Source: Camelus ferus (taxonomy: Eukaryota). From it: a stretch of DNA of 64,000 nucleotides. Of the stretch, positions 13,208 through 30,815 are shown piece after piece. The DNA lies in assembly GCF_009834535.1 (NCBI RefSeq), contig NC_045697.1:71736001-71800000 (forward strand), in the 5' to 3' direction. The notes under the pieces were generated by a model, which worked only from the letters and a program-made list of their open reading frames with translations, was not told the DNA's origin and searched no databases. The translations under genes were made by a program, and so were the position numbers. Positions within the stretch are counted from its first letter, which is position 1. Each line of letters starts with the position of its first letter.

Positions 13208-13864
13208 GATTATTTAATCTCGAAGTGAGAGACATCATAGAGACTGGTTAGTGTGGAATGTGGTTAATGCAATTATTTGAATTTCTGAAAGCTTCTCAAA
13301 GAGTAGATAGGAGGAAAACAAATCGCTTGCCATTTGTATATCAAAGGCTTATTTATTTTTATTGAATGACATTTCATTAGTCTTTGATTTAGAAGTAGAC
13401 TGGAACCTCAGGCGATCTCAGACACACTTCAGACTGCCAACCACAGTCAACCTGATGTGAAAACATTGTCAAAGATAAGAAGTATTGACCATTAGCCAAG
13501 ATGTGGGCTCAAGACCTGGAGTCGTCTCCCGACGCAGTGTAGCAGAGCCTGGCATGGAGAACACGTGGGCTTCAGTACACTTGAATTCCAGTTAACAGGC
13601 TACAAATACACTCTGCTTTTCTATGACACATTTTCTTCAAATCCAGATAACAGTGCTTGTTATAAACTTATCACAAGGAAAACAAACCTTTGCCAAGTTC
13701 TGTACATGAACCACAGAACATTCTAGATGCTTTTACTCAATTTAGTCCCACTGATGAAACATTAATTGAGCACTTATTATATTCTAGATAATATGCTTGC
13801 TGCTAGGAAGAACTAAATGGGTGGATCTGAAATGTTGCCATGAAGAGATTACCGTTGAATGACA

Positions 13865-14110
13865 GTCATAGTTTTTACTAAGCAGTTACTATGTGCCAGA
13901 CGTTATGTTAAGTGCTTTACATGCATTAAAAGATAATTTATTCTTACAACTATCATAGGATGTAGGTGTTATTGCATTCCTCATTTTATAGATGAGAAAA
14001 CTGAGACACAGAGAGTCCAACAAAATTACAAAGGAGATTCAACAATGTAGAACTAGGATTCATGCTCAAGATTATGACTGGAGAATTCCCATTCACAGTC
14101 ACTTCACTGC
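13865..14110 (-). mobile_element. MIR SINE
   Basis: ttactatgtgccagacgttatgttaagtgctttacatgc...cattttatagatgagaaaactgagacacagagag...ggattcatgctcaag matches reverse-complement MIR. Confidence 0.9.
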
Positions 14111-15239
14111 CTCTAGAGAAATAGTTAGAATACAGTGGTGTCAGGGTGGTTCTAGAAAACTTACGGGGCACAGGGCTGCACACAGGAGAGAGTGATAGAT
14201 TTCATCAAACTGAGGATCAGGTATGGAGTAGGTATTCAGAGAAAAGGACGTTAAAATCCGTACACTCACAGGATCTTTGTAATTACCCTTATTTTGTCAT
14301 TTTACTGAACAAGACGTCGTTACTCTGAAAGTTTTACAGTCACATAGCTCACATATAATGGAACAAGCTTCCTGTCCCAGACTGTCTGAATTCCATTCTT
14401 ATGTGCCACTTCTTGATTTAAACCTTAAATCAATTGTCACTCGTGAGGAAAGGACTGTGCTGAGTAGTTAGCGTGAAAAGTAACTGGGGAAATAAAATAA
14501 AGAGCATTGTTGGGAGGAGTGAAGTTAAAATTAAGCAGTCCTTTGTGTCTGAAAGTGTAGAAACAAAGGACTTTTAGGGTGATTCAGAGTAAGATACAAA
14601 AGCATGAAACTTAGCTGTTTTCAAGCGCCGGCTGTAGAGACATAGCATTGGAGAAAGCGGGAGATGGGATGGGCCTGGCAGTGGCCTGGCATGGAAGGAA
14701 GGGGAATGCTTGGTAAGCATGAGACTCTGAAGGAGGGAGAAAATTCACACAGCCTTTGAAACAACTATTTTATGTCAGTGTAAGACACACAGATAATAAG
14801 AAGGAATCCCCACACAGGAGACTATATGGGGGAGCGGATGGCGGCATCAATAATTCACTGGGAATTATGTCAAAAGATACATTTACTGCAATTCAAATTG
14901 CCAGCAAGGAACAATTGGATTTAACCTTTGGGAATCGAATGATACATGACAAATGTTAAAATAAGTACATAGGGAAGCCTCAAAATTGCTAGGAGGCATT
15001 TGCAGAGCAACTGTTAAACAGCCACAGGATGAAAACCGTATATTCAAGTTAGGCACAACATGTAAAGAACATTGCTGTGTGACTGCAGAAATGGCATTCT
15101 AATGTTACTGACGCTCTCAAGGGGGTTTTGAATGGATTTAGGTCTACGTAGAAAAATTCAGGTATGAAGTAGAATTGTACAGAAAAGTTGCTTTTTTTTT
15201 TAATGGGCAAAATGGAGGGTCACAAGTAGACTGCAGAGT

Positions 15240-15800
15240 GTGGAGTGTACCAGCAGAAAGAAAGGACCTTTCAGGATTGGGCCGGGTGCCATGCAGCTTC
15301 GCAGAGTTGAGTGTGACAGGATGCCCCACTGAAAAGTAGCCAGAGAAGTAACAGAGCGATGGGTGGGGTCTGTGCTTCTGAGAACATAACTACAGGGCAC
15401 TGCTGAAGAAGAAAATGAGACCAATTTGAATACAAAATGGCAAGTTTTTAAACTGCAGAGAATTACAGAGAAAAACAAAAGTCAGTAAGGAGTCTTCCTT
15501 CAATATAGCATGAAAATGCTAGAAAATTTCTTACGTAGGCGGCAGTGAGAGAAAGATCTAAATAGATAAAACTCTTACCTATGAAAAAGCAAGAGAGAAA
15601 CTGACTGCAAAATAATGAAAGAATCTTCTGAAAATGATGTGATGCTAAAATTTTATTGAGAATGGAAACACCCAAAGGTGATAGTGGCCATAGAGAATAG
15701 ATGGGAGACGATGTCCCTTTTCTGACGTGTGTGTCTGTTGAAGGTTTCTGAAAACAGACAAGGAAACCTGTTCTGAGATAATGTCTGAGATTTGAGCTCA
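15240..15800 (+). mobile_element. Possible CR1/L3 LINE 3' relic
   Basis: aaaagtagccagagaagtaacagagcgatgggtggggtctg weakly resembles the CR1 LERVQRRATKMVRGL-coding segment. gtctgttgaaggtttctgaaaacagacaaggaaacctgttctgag resembles the CR1 3' end. Very diverged. Confidence 0.35.
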
Positions 15801-15868
15801 TTGGAAGGAGAGCTGCCTCCAACACAGACTGTTCTCAGTATGCTTAGCTGTGACTAGGATTTTATCTT

Positions 15869-19086
<3,218 letters not shown>

Positions 19087-20069
19087 TTTTATCTTCATCT
19101 TTATCTTGTATTTGATAAAGATTAGATGCCCCACCTTCTCTGGGAATTGGATCAAAATACAGAAAACAGGGTCCCAAACTATATCCTTCTCTATACTTGA
19201 CCTTGAAGGAATGGAAATGCAAAGATCTGGGGGGAAAATCAAACTAGAAAGTGAAGTCATCTGAAATATATATGGAGTTTGTATTTTATCATTTGCTAGT
19301 ATAAGTGAATTGGAAGGAAACTGTGTCTTTGGCTAATGAAAATGCTTAGACAACTAGTTATGAATTAATTTAAAAGTTGGCATAATGAGAAGCTTATTGA
19401 TAGGAGTAAAGTTTCAGATATTTGATTAGTGTGGGTAGCTAAATGTATCTTGACAGATGTTATGTGAACTAGTAGATTATTAAAAGCTAGCAATTTTATA
19501 ACACACTGCCATCCATTCCAGATACTATAAAATATTTACAAATTCCTTAAAGTTTTTCTCCTAATAACATTTCGCTGAGGCAAATAGCCATTTGAATAAG
19601 AAACAATCCCTCTCATTGAATTTAGTGTCCAAATTTATTTGAGCTAAGCATACAAGTGTAGGTAGGATTTAGAGAATTATACTGTTGAATGAAATAGACA
19701 CCCTGTTATTACTATGGGTGGACTGGAAACAGATTTTCCTTAGTGGGTAGAGTAGGTGGTCAGAGAGTGGTGGTGTTCCCCCTTTCTCAGTCAGCGAAAC
19801 TGAAGGTAGGGACCATTTCAGACTTTCTCTATCATGATAATTTTCAAATGAATGTAATCAGAGGTCAGCAAAATCCATCACTTCTCCCACTAAGCCGTCA
19901 TGAAAGGAGTGTGTATTTACAGCCAGTTATTTGTCTAGAATAGTTTTAGATGCTAAAATAGCTTCACTAAGATGCCTCCTTTGCCTTTGCGTTACTCTAG
20001 GTCTGGAATAGGAACAGAGAAGGGTGATTTAAAGTAAGACGGTACAGGAATATATTGTTATATTAGAGA

Positions 20070-20185
20070 GGAAGAACAGTGAGCCCTGCCTTTTAAGTTA
20101 AAAAGTCTTGAGTTTTAAAGGAATTTACTAGCTATGTGGCCTCGGGTAAATTAGCTCATCTCTCTTGGCCTCCGTTTCCTCACTT
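20070..20185 (+). mobile_element. MIR SINE fragment
   Basis: tttactagctatgtggcctcgggtaaattagctcatctctcttggcctccgtttcctca is the MIR core. Confidence 0.8.
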
Positions 20186-21639
20186 GGTTCCTGCTGTTCC
20201 ACCTGATTGGACTTCCTGTGGAATCCCTGCTGCGGTCAGACACTGTTATCCCACGGGGCTGTTGTGGGGTTTAGAGGAACTGGCCGTATAAGGAATTGAA
20301 GAAATAGCTACCATGCCTCTTGATACTTTTATAGGAAAGTACAGTATGAGGGACTGGAGTTTTAGGAGTATGGAGACAGTCTTAGAATAGTTGAGGAAAG
20401 AAAGTTTGGCAACTGTTTAGGGAAATATGGCTAGAATATTTAAGGATTACCTAGAAGACTCAGGAGTGGGAAACGTAAAATAAGTTAGCTGTGGGAACAG
20501 TTTCAGAAATGAGCAGTCCCCAGTTTTATCATTTTATGATATCTTTACCCCATTGCCACCGCAGACTCTGAGGCAGGGGATAACGGCCACGGCCAAACAA
20601 ACAAACCTGGAAACGAAACCTTGTTTGCCTCATTTTAGATGAATATTGACTTTGAGAAAGTCATCTTGGCCTGTGCAGCTTGCCATTTTAATTAATTAGA
20701 ATGGGAAAGGTAGGGTAGGGCTCAGCGCGTACACTGTATTGAACTTCTACCTAAAGTGTTTACGCAGCCTTCCAGCCAGCCTCCACAGTCCCCACTTGGG
20801 AAATTACTGATGACCCCACCATGTTCCCCTGATAGATAATGTTGGCGTAGAAAAAAGCAAACAGCTGGCAAGGGAAAATCAGTAAAATCTGGTTGTCCCT
20901 TCCTTGGGTTCAACCCAGAGTGAGATATGAGAAGGAAATGTGATTTTCTTAAGCCTTTGTTTTGTCTATGATTAGTTCACAGTAATGTTACGTGACCCTA
21001 TGTCTAATATACTTTAAACCGTAGATCTCATGTTACACCTTACCAAGATTCCAGACTACCCCTGACGGTGCTGACTTTTTCTCTTATGAGAGCTTCATCT
21101 TGATAACACAGTCTCTAAAAAACTGAAACATTTAGGTGCAGGATGCTCATTGGTAGCCTACAGGCCAGAAAGAATAAACGTGGCTCCCTAACTGTTTCAG
21201 CATAAGAGAGAGACACCGGGGGCAAGGCTTGTAGTGGGGAGAATCTGCTTCATTGTAAACCCATTTGCAGGGATGTTCACAGAAAATTCTTCAAAATACA
21301 TATGAGGAAATGCTGACCTCACAAGCAGTTACTCCCATATTAATGAGAGCACCCATCTAAGATTTTTTAAAATAAAGTATATAAGTGGTTTTGGAGATAA
21401 CATTTAGATTGTCAGTTAAACATGTTTAGCTAACTACTTTTTCCTTTTATTCAAATTGAGAACCAGTGATATGAAATATTCACCTGGCTAAGTCCATCAG
21501 ATCCCAGACTAAAGACGAGTTCTAGTCTAAGACTAGACTAAGCCGTGCTTACCACAAGTGAGAGCACAAGATCCCTGTGTCTCCCCAAGTGCTGCGGTCA
21601 TTACAGTTGGTTACTGAACGTTAGAACTGTGCGGGCTGA

Positions 21640-21855
21640 CTGCCATTGCTCTGAACTTGACTCTGCCTCTTACTAGTTATTTGTCCAGAGGCCGTTCTCC
21701 TGCATTTCAGTTTTCTCATCTGTAAAATGGCAATGCTAATAATAGAACCTGCTTTGTACAACTATTGTGAGGATTCAGGGAGATCATACATTAAAAGTAC
21801 TTTTACCAGGGGCTGGCAGTAACACTCAGATGTTAGATGTAACTGTTACCACTTC
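21640..21855 (+). mobile_element. MIR SINE
   Basis: ctctgcctcttactag...cagttttctcatctgtaaaatgg...ataatagaacct...ttgtgaggattc. Confidence 0.85.
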
Positions 21856-21879
21856 TTTTATTTACTGGCTTTTCTGAAA

Positions 21880-21992
21880 GGTTCTAAGCTCCTTGAAGAC
21901 CATTACCCTTTCTGCCCTTTATCCTTAGGAATGAGCACAGGTCTAGATGTGGCAAGTGATTGATCAATATTTATTCAGTTCATAAATGAATG
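21880..21992 (+). mobile_element. L2 3'-end fragment
   Basis: ctaagctccttgaagacc...atgagcacaggtctagatgtggcaag...caatatttattcagttcataaatgaatg. Confidence 0.6.
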
Positions 21993-23254
21993 TGCACACC
22001 TTGTTATAATTAGAATAGAACCAATGACTGATTATAACCACTAACGGTGTTTGATAACTTGTATTCTTTTTCTCTGGCAATTTCCTTATTCAGATATGCT
22101 GTTCTTTCTTGGAGGCCTTTTTCCAGAAAGTCTTTTCTCAAAGACATTTTTATACAATATATCTTCCCCAAACAATGGAAAGATTCAGGGAAGACATTAA
22201 TTTATTCAGTAAATAATTTTTCAGCACCTGTTATGTATATAAACTAGCACTGAAGAGCATTTAAAGAAACATCTCAGGTACTCGTTGTGTCCAAAGGTCT
22301 CAAGTATCCGTGGTCATAAACAGTGAATTAGAGATATTGCTCTTTGCTGGCTCTTTTTAGTATTCTAAGTACAGCGTGGCTGTCTCTGGATCCATACTTC
22401 AATGCCACAGGGAAAATCAATAGTAATAACACAAGATGCAGAGAGTAGGGTGGTAGCTTTCTCCATTTTCTAAACTAATCTTCAGAGTCTGAGACTTTCC
22501 TGTGAACTGGGGAAATATTGAATTATCCAGGATTCAGATTAATGCTGGCACAGAGTGTACACAAATAATGTATAAAAAGATGGCTGAAGGTATTTTATTT
22601 TAGTCATTTTAATGGAATGTTTAATTCAGTGAGTACCTGTAGATTTGGCATCCTAAAATTTTCTTTAATTTTCCAGCCAAAGTAAAATGTTGATTTGGCA
22701 ATTTTCTCTTTTGAAGTGTTAATATTTCTAAAATGGAAAATTCGGGTAGGAAAGAATCCAGGTTTATTCCCTTCACATGCCAGATAAACATCACCTTTTA
22801 ATTGTCAACTCCAAGTTTCATTTGATTCTCACTAGAATGCCATATAATTTGTATGATATCATGAAATTTTATCTCTGAGATTTATTTAGTTTTATAATTA
22901 ATGCTTTTGAAAAGCTTATTCTTCAAGAGTAATGGTGTTAATAAAATAAACTGTCTGCAAGCTTAGTAAAAACAGGCTTTCTTCATGGGTGCAATTTTTT
23001 AAAGATTTAGTTGTATCAGAGTCTTTATATGCAACCTGAATCTTGCACACTGGAATATTTAGGTTAGGATTATTTTGTAGCATGCAATATTCAATTTATT
23101 TCTACTGTAAAATTAATCATTTTATGAATCAGGAAATATTGTGAATCAGAGAGTCAGATTACTTTAGTGTTGTGAAAATCATGAGGAGTTTGTGCATTTA
23201 ATCAAGATTGATGCATGTAGTCAAGGATGGAGAGAGTCTTTGGATTCTAAGAAG

Positions 23255-23595
23255 TGCTGGCTGGGCTAGCTGCAATAAGAGGCAACACCACATTCTCAGT
23301 GGCTTAAAACCACACTCACCTGCACTGCACACTGAATGTAGCTTAGGCCAGGGGCCTCTGCTCGTCAAAGTCACTGAGGACCCAGGCTGGCAGACCCCAT
23401 CACAGCTCATATTTCCATGCTTCCTCCCTCCGGAGGAAGGGAATATGGTGAATCACACAGTGGCTCTTAAAACTTCCTGACAGAGCAAGCCACATACCCA
23501 AGCCTAACTCAAAGAGGAGGGAGAAGCAAGTCCTGCTTTCTGATGTGCCCAAAAGGAGGAGCATCAAAATATTTTGGACAGCTCTTGTGACACAA
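23255..23595 (-). mobile_element. MaLR LTR (MLT1I/J-like)
   Basis: tagctgcaataagaggcaacaccacattctcagtggcttaaaac...tcactgaggacccaggctg...tggctcttaaaacttcc...gcctaactcaaagaggaggga resembles older MLT1 LTRs. Confidence 0.8.
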
Positions 23596-25749
23596 ATTAG
23601 CCCTAAAATTGTTCTTGTCACTGCAGTCATTAAGTGCTGTTATTTGCATCCTTTGATCATACACTCTGTTGTTACTTATAAAATTAAGATATTTCTGTGA
23701 TACAACCCATTCCTCTGCCTTATTGGCTCTTAAGTCAATTTGAGGACCAGAATGGCAATTTTGAAAAATCTAATGATTTTCAAACCAAATGAAGTAGTTC
23801 CTCTCATTTCTTTTTTTCATGTATCTTCTGACCTTACATCAAGAAGATCACATGAATTCCCATACTGAGTCAGACCCATGGCCATTTCAGCCAAAAATCT
23901 TATCCCTGGCAAAAATGATTCACTTCTATTGTTTCTCCATTTTTCTTAAAGAAAAATAATAGAGCTATTATAAGAATTGCTATTTTTAAAATAGATGATT
24001 CTGTCTAATGTGCATAAAGATGAATATGCATTTACCAAAAAATTGAGTATTTCTTTCTTGAATTCCAATGAATCCCAATGAAAAATACAAAGTATTAAAA
24101 TTTAGTTTTAAAGAAACATTTCTAAAACAGTTTTGAAAGTTATAATAGAAGAGAAGATAAAATAGGTACTTTTGAACAAAAGTAAACAGTGAAACACTAG
24201 TGACTCCATTTACTCAGTTTTGTAATTCCAGGTCAAAAAAATGATGGGCTTTATTTTTGGAATCACAACATTTTAAAGCAGAGAATCCCTCTAAGGTCAC
24301 ACAACTCAGCCCAGTCATTTTACAACTGAGCAAACTGAGACCTAAGAAATATTCCAGTGAACAGAATAGACCAAATCCCTGCCTTCATAATATTAAATTC
24401 TAGGGGGAGAGATATCAACCTATAAATTCTATAGGTATGAATACATACGATAATGTATACCACGTGCCTGGAATATAGTAAGTACTCAATATTATTGTTA
24501 CTCCTTGTAGACCGTCCTCTTGTCTAACTTTTCTCCCAATGTTTTTGCTCCCAAGTATTCTTGACATGTAGACTTAGCGCCTGATTAAATACTTACAGGT
24601 TTAGAGAGCTTCCAAGGCAGGTAGAAAGCTTCTTTTTGGTTATATTGTTTAAATATGCTGAATGAACTCAGATGATAATAACCATAAATTCTTACAGTTT
24701 ACTCTATTTCTTTCCAATTAAAAAAATTATAACGGCTTGACCACAATAAAAATGTCATTATGTTTCATTAATTTTCTTATTTAATGACCCAGAACACAGA
24801 ATTCTGCTTAAAATATCTTTCCTATTGAAATACAGACTTAGATGCAATACATTCCTTGGAAACACTGAAATTTATGTCACATCTAACTGACATCACCAAA
24901 TTTCAAAAACTGAGATACTGTGACATTTGTTTTTATCAGTGTGATGAATCATTGTTCCTTCAAGGTTTAGCTTTCTTAATGCAAACTTGGTAGCTATCAC
25001 TTGGCAAAGAGGCTGGTGTATAATTATGTTTGGAATAACATGTCTTTTGCATCTTATTATCTTTTTGGTGAATCATCAGAGTATAGGACATGCAAAAAGA
25101 ATCAGTAATGAAAATATTGGGCACAATCAGTTTTGTAAAATGAAAACTCAATATACCTGTGACATATGAGACAAGAAGAAATAAAGTACATGTTTGCAAG
25201 ATAATAGCCGATGTAAAAATCTTATCTTTGAAAAAAGTGGTAACATCGATGTATCTCTCTGTAGCAAAGGCTGTTTTAAAAAGAGAAAAAAAAAAAAGAC
25301 TGCCTCTGGTAGCATTTAAAATTGTATAGCACTGGTTTTTGGCCACGTAAAGTTAATTTGTATAAATTATTTCAAAGGAAGCCAATAAAGCTGTGGGTAT
25401 AATCCAGAAAGACAAAGAACAGAAAACAACCCTTTATTGTTCTGAGTAGGAAAACTACCTGGCTCTTATTGAAAAGCTCCAAATGACTCACACTGCTATT
25501 AAATGTTTCCTTTTCATAGAGTCAATTATCAGCATTTTTAAAGAGTAAGTTGTTTTCAAGAAGACATGAAAGCTGAGAGAAAATCGTAGAGAAAGTCAAT
25601 AAATGATGTAAAATGTGCTACTTCAGTTAGGTCGTTAAAACAAAGTCTCATTTGTCAAAATGATTTTGATTGCTGCCTTCTTAGGGTCTTCTAATGTATA
25701 TATTTACATATATGTAAATTATATTATGTAAATATATAAATAAACATAT

Positions 25750-26925
25750 GTATTTTGATGAAAATTGCCAGATTGCCCTTCATACCTGACGCAGTTATTC
25801 ATTTCTTTACAAGTCAGTGGAGAAGAGTCACTCATTTTCTTGCTATGAATGATCAACTTCTAGAATTTTGCCATTTTCACAAAGGTAGAGGGGTATCTCT
25901 CTTCTCTTATTATGAATAAGATTTAACATTTTTCATACGTTATCAAAGAGTTGTGTGTCATTTTCTATAAAAACTTAATATTCTCTGTCCTTTTTGCTGT
26001 TGTTGCTGGACTGTTATCATCTAGATTTTCAGGAAAACTAGCACTTTGTCTGTAATATCAATTGTTAAAAGTTTTTCCCAGTGTCTCTTTGTCATTTAAG
26101 TTTACTTAACATTTTTGTCTATGAAGTAATTTAACATTTTTGTGTTGCTAAATTCATCAATCATTTCTCTTTGTTGTTTATAGATTTTGTGTCAATGTTA
26201 GATTATTGAAGAGATTATTTTAAAAAGCTACCATCTTTCTCTCATAACTTTAAAGTTTATGTGTAAATCATTTATCTACTTGGAATTTATCATGGTTTAA
26301 GGAGTGAAGTTCAGATCTATTAGGGTTTTTTTCCAAATGGATGCCTAATAGTCCCAACAATTCCTAGTTCATTTTTTCCCACTGATTTGCTGTGCCACCA
26401 CTTGCACACAATAAATATCCGTGTGTAGTCTGGTCAGTTTCTGTACTTTTTGTTGTTGTTCTGTTCTATTGCTCTCTCTTTCTATTAGTAAGTGACTCAT
26501 TATGTGTATTGATCTGATAAGACTATTTCCCCTCCTTCCATTGCTCTTTTTTTTTGAAAATTTTGTTGAATGTTCTTGTTAATTTTTTCTTCCAACCTTT
26601 AGAAAAACCTTGTGTGATTCTGAAAAGTAAAGTACTAATGGGATTGCTTTTATTTATAAATGAATTTAAGAGCTAATTGACATCCTTATGATGTTAAGTC
26701 TTCCTCTAAAAACCACAGTATGTCATTCCATTTATCGTCATGTTTTCTTTCATGCCTTAAGGATAGTTTTATATTTTTCTTTGTTTTGCTCATTTTTGTT
26801 AAGTTTATTCCTCAGCACCTGTTTGTTTGTTGCAGTTATAAATTCTGTCTTCATCTGTATATTATGACAAGTTATTTATATTTAATAGCAGCAATCCAGT
26901 TATGTGTATTGACACTGATACCTTA
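25750..26925 (-). mobile_element. Ancient L1 (L1ME-like), left part, interrupted by a younger L1
   Basis: ttttgatgaaaattgccagattgccct, ttccaaatggatgcctaatagtcccaaca, aattgacatccttatgatgttaagtcttcct and tttgttaagtttattcct follow degraded reverse L1 ORF2 in collinear order. Confidence 0.75.
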
Positions 26926-26927
26926 CT

Positions 26928-29362
26928 TATTTTTTTCAGCTTTATTGAGGTACAGTTGACAAAACTGTAATATATTTAAAGTGTACAACGTGATGATTTG
27001 ATATATACTCGCACTGTGGAAGGATTCTGACAATCCAGCTAATTAACACATCTGTTACCTCACATATTTACTTTCCATGTCTGTGAGAGCACATAAGATC
27101 TACTCTCTTAGCAAGTTTAAATTGTACTATACAGTGTTAGCAATTATGGTCACCATGTTATACATTAGACCCTCAGACCTTATTCATCTCTTAACTGAAA
27201 GTTTGTACACTTTTACCAACTCCTCCTCATTCTCCCTACAGCTCCCAGCTCCTGGCAACTATTGTTCTACTCTGTTTCTATGAACTCCACTTTGTTTTTG
27301 GATTCCATATAAGTGATACTGTGCAGCATTTGTCCTTATCTGTCTGACTTATCTCACTTACCATAATGCCTTCAAGTTCATTCATGTTGTCACAAATGAC
27401 AAGATTTCTTTCTTTTTTAAGGCTAAATAATATTCTAGGTGTATGTCACATCTAGATTGTTTTCACACCTTGCATATCATGAATAATGCTGTAATGAACC
27501 TGAGAGTGCAGATATCTCTTTAAGATGATGATGACATGATGACAATGATTTCTTTCCTTTGGATATACATCCAAAAGTGAGATTACTGAATCATGTAGTA
27601 GTTCTACTTTTCATTTCTTGAGCAACCTCCATACTGCTCTCCATAGTGGCTGTGCCAGCTTACATTCCCACCAGCAGTGCACAAGGGTTCCCTTTTCTTC
27701 ACATCCTTTCCAGCATTTGTTATTTTTGTCTTTGTAATAATTGGCATCCTAACAGATGTAAGGTAATATGTTATTATGGTTTTGGATTGCTTCCCCTGAT
27801 AATTGGTAATGTTGAGCATCTATCTTTTCTTGCACCTATTCACCATTTGTATGTCTTCTTCAGAAAAATGTCTGTTAGGTCCTTTGCCCATTTTTAAATT
27901 CAGTTATTTGGTTCTTTTGCTATTGAGTTGTATGAGTCCCTTGAATATTTTGGATATTAACCCCTTATTGGATATGTAGTTTGCAAAGATTTTCTTCTTT
28001 TCCATAGGCTGCCTTTTCATTTTGTCAATTGTTTCTTTTGCTATGCAGAAGCTGTTTAATTTGATGTAGTGCCTCATTTATTTCTGCTTTTATTGCCTTT
28101 GCTTTTGGTGTCAAATCCAAAAACTCATTGCTAAGACCAGTTTTGAGGAGCTTACTCTCTGTTTTCTCCAGGAGTTTGTATGGTTTCAAATCTTACATTC
28201 AAGTCTTTAATTCATTTTGAGATGATTTTTGTGTATAATGTGAGACAGCAATTCAGTTTCATTATTCTGTGTGTAGATACCCAGTTTTCCCAACACCATT
28301 TATTGAAGAGACTATCCTTTCCCTCATTGAATATTCTTTGTACTTTTGTCAAGAATTAATTGACCATATATGCATGGATTTATTTCTGGGCTCTCTATTT
28401 GGTTACATTGATCAATGTATCTGATTTTATGCCAGTAACATACTGTTTTGATTACTCTAGCTTTGTAATATAGTTTGAAATCAGAAGTGTGATGCCTCCA
28501 GCTTTGATCTTTTTCAAGATTTCTTTGGCCATTAAGAGTATTTTGTGGTTCCATAAAAGTTTTTACATTGTTTTTCTATTTCTGTGAAAAATTCATTAGG
28601 ATTTTGATAGGTATTGCATTGAATCTGTGAATCATATAAGAAGATATGGACATTTTAACAATATTAATTCTTCCAATACATGAACACATAATATCTTTCA
28701 GTTTATTTGTGTGATCTTCAATTTCTTTCATCAGCATTTTAGAGTTTTCAGTGTAGAGATCTTTCACATCCTTGGTTAAATTCATTCCTGAATATTTCAT
28801 TCTTTTTTGATATTGTTGTAAATAGGATTGTTTTCTCAATTTCTATTTCTAATAGTTCGTTATTAGTGTATTGAAATTCAACAGTTTTTTGTATAATGAT
28901 TTTGTATCATGCGACTTTGACTGAATTCGTTGATTAATTCTAACAGTTTTTTTGGTGGAGTGTTTAGGTTTTTCTGTACATAGTGTGTTATCTGCAAATA
29001 GTGACAGTTTTACTTCTTCCTTTCCAATATGAATGCCTTTTATTTGTTTTTCTTACCTAATTGTTTTGACTAGGAATTCCAGTACTATGTTGAATAAAAA
29101 TGGTGAGAGAGTGGGCATCCTTGTCTTATTCCTGATTTAAAGGAAAAGCTTTCAGCTTTTTACCATTGAGCATGATGTTAGATGTGGGTTTGTTATAAAT
29201 GGCCTTTATTATGTTGAGATTTATCCCATCTACTCCTAATTTGTTGAGCATTTTTATCACAAAAGGATGTTGAATTTTTTCTAATGCTTTTCTGTATCTG
29301 TTGAAATGATCATGGTTTTTATCCTTCATCTTGTTAATGTGGTATATCACATTTATTGACTT
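26928..29362 (-). mobile_element. 5'-truncated LINE-1 (L1MA9-like 3' UTR), ~2.4 kb
   Basis: The 3' UTR begins ctttattgaggtacagttgacaaaactg. ORF2 fragments include [59 protein letters not shown] and [22 protein letters not shown]. Confidence 0.95.
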
Positions 29363-29367
29363 TATCT

Positions 29368-29535
29368 TGGGGTGTTTTATCAAGACTGCATATTCAGTTT
29401 TGTCAAATACCTTTTTAGGATCAATGGAAAGAAGCATATTATTTTTCTCTTTAGAATAATTCATCTAACCAATGACTGGATTAAATATCATTGAACTATT
29501 TTTGTATTCCTGGATTAAACTTTCTGGGTCATGCT
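29368..29535 (-). mobile_element. Ancient L1 (L1ME-like), right part
   Basis: Translates to [26 protein letters not shown], a diverged copy of L1 ORF2 KNHMIISIDAEKAFDKIQHPFMIK. Confidence 0.75.
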
Positions 29536-30584
29536 AGGGAGACAGGGAAAATGATGAGTTACACAGCCCTGAACCAGTAGATTTAAATATACTTTTTAAA
29601 GATAGGTTTTTAACAACCCATGTAAGTTGGCACTGATGGTCTATGACACTGGCCAATTTTCTTTTAGAAGTAAAAGTTGTTAGACCTTTTAGTTATTTGA
29701 AATTTCTACCATTTGTAAAGTCTAATAAAGAACTGAATTGCTATCGACTGTGCTATTTATTACACCTAAAGTATTCTTCAGCCAAATAGCTACGCATTTA
29801 CTTTGTGATTAACAAGTATGATTTATTTTAAATGCTAGATTTCCTTTAACCGAAATTGTGAGTGATCAATTACTTTATAAAGCAATTTTTCATTCAAAAA
29901 AAAGTACTTACTACATATTCATAAAATATGGAACTCCTGTCACACATTTGGATTATCATGATTTACTTCTAGTGTTTCAAGAACATACCGTTACTACATA
30001 AAGAAACAGTTGTATTATATTACATTAAACTGATAAATATATTCAACAAATGTAATCATGAAATTTGATTTAAATACACCTCCCAAGCAATGTAACAAAT
30101 AATATCAATTTTATATAGTCAATAATCTTATTCTGAGGTTACTCATATGTATAGGCATAAAATTTCATCAGAACTATGAAGAGGCTTTCTCAAAAATTAA
30201 TCTTCTCAAATAATGAAAACCTGGGATTGAACAATTCTCTGACAGTGATTTCTAGAGATTTTATTTTAACTTTACTTTTATATGTTCTCTTCCAAGACAT
30301 ACTGTAAATATTCTGCAGCAAACTGATTTGGTTCCACATTTTAAGATGTATTTTTTTTACTTATTCTTGACTAGTAATGGAAATATCACTGATATATCTT
30401 AAAAATTTTCTGCACATGAAGTGGAAAACCAAGTTATAGATAATCTGAAGTTAGAACTGGTTTCTTTTAATTTTAAAATACACTTTTAGCACCTCTTCTC
30501 AAACATAGTACTTACATTTAACCATGTTATATGTTAGGGAAAACTACATAAAATGTGTGGAAATCTTTTAGAAGTCATTAGCAA

Positions 30585-30815
30585 TTTAGTGTAATGTTCA
30601 AAAGATCAGACTCAGCAGCCATACTGCCTGGATTTGAATCTACACTTAGTAGCTTTTATGACTTTATATACTATTAAATCTCTGTATCCGAATTTCCTTA
30701 TCCATAAAATGGTACCTTCCACAATGTATTCAAAACAAATTTAGGAGAGGATAAAATGAGTTAAAATATGTAAAGTACTTGCAACAGTGCCTGGCACAGA
30801 ATGGTAGCTGCTACA
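30585..30815 (+). mobile_element. MIR SINE
   Basis: agactcagcagccatactgcctggatttgaatc...tttccttatccataaaatgg...aaatgagttaaaatatgtaaagtacttgcaacagtgcctggcacag. Confidence 0.9.
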
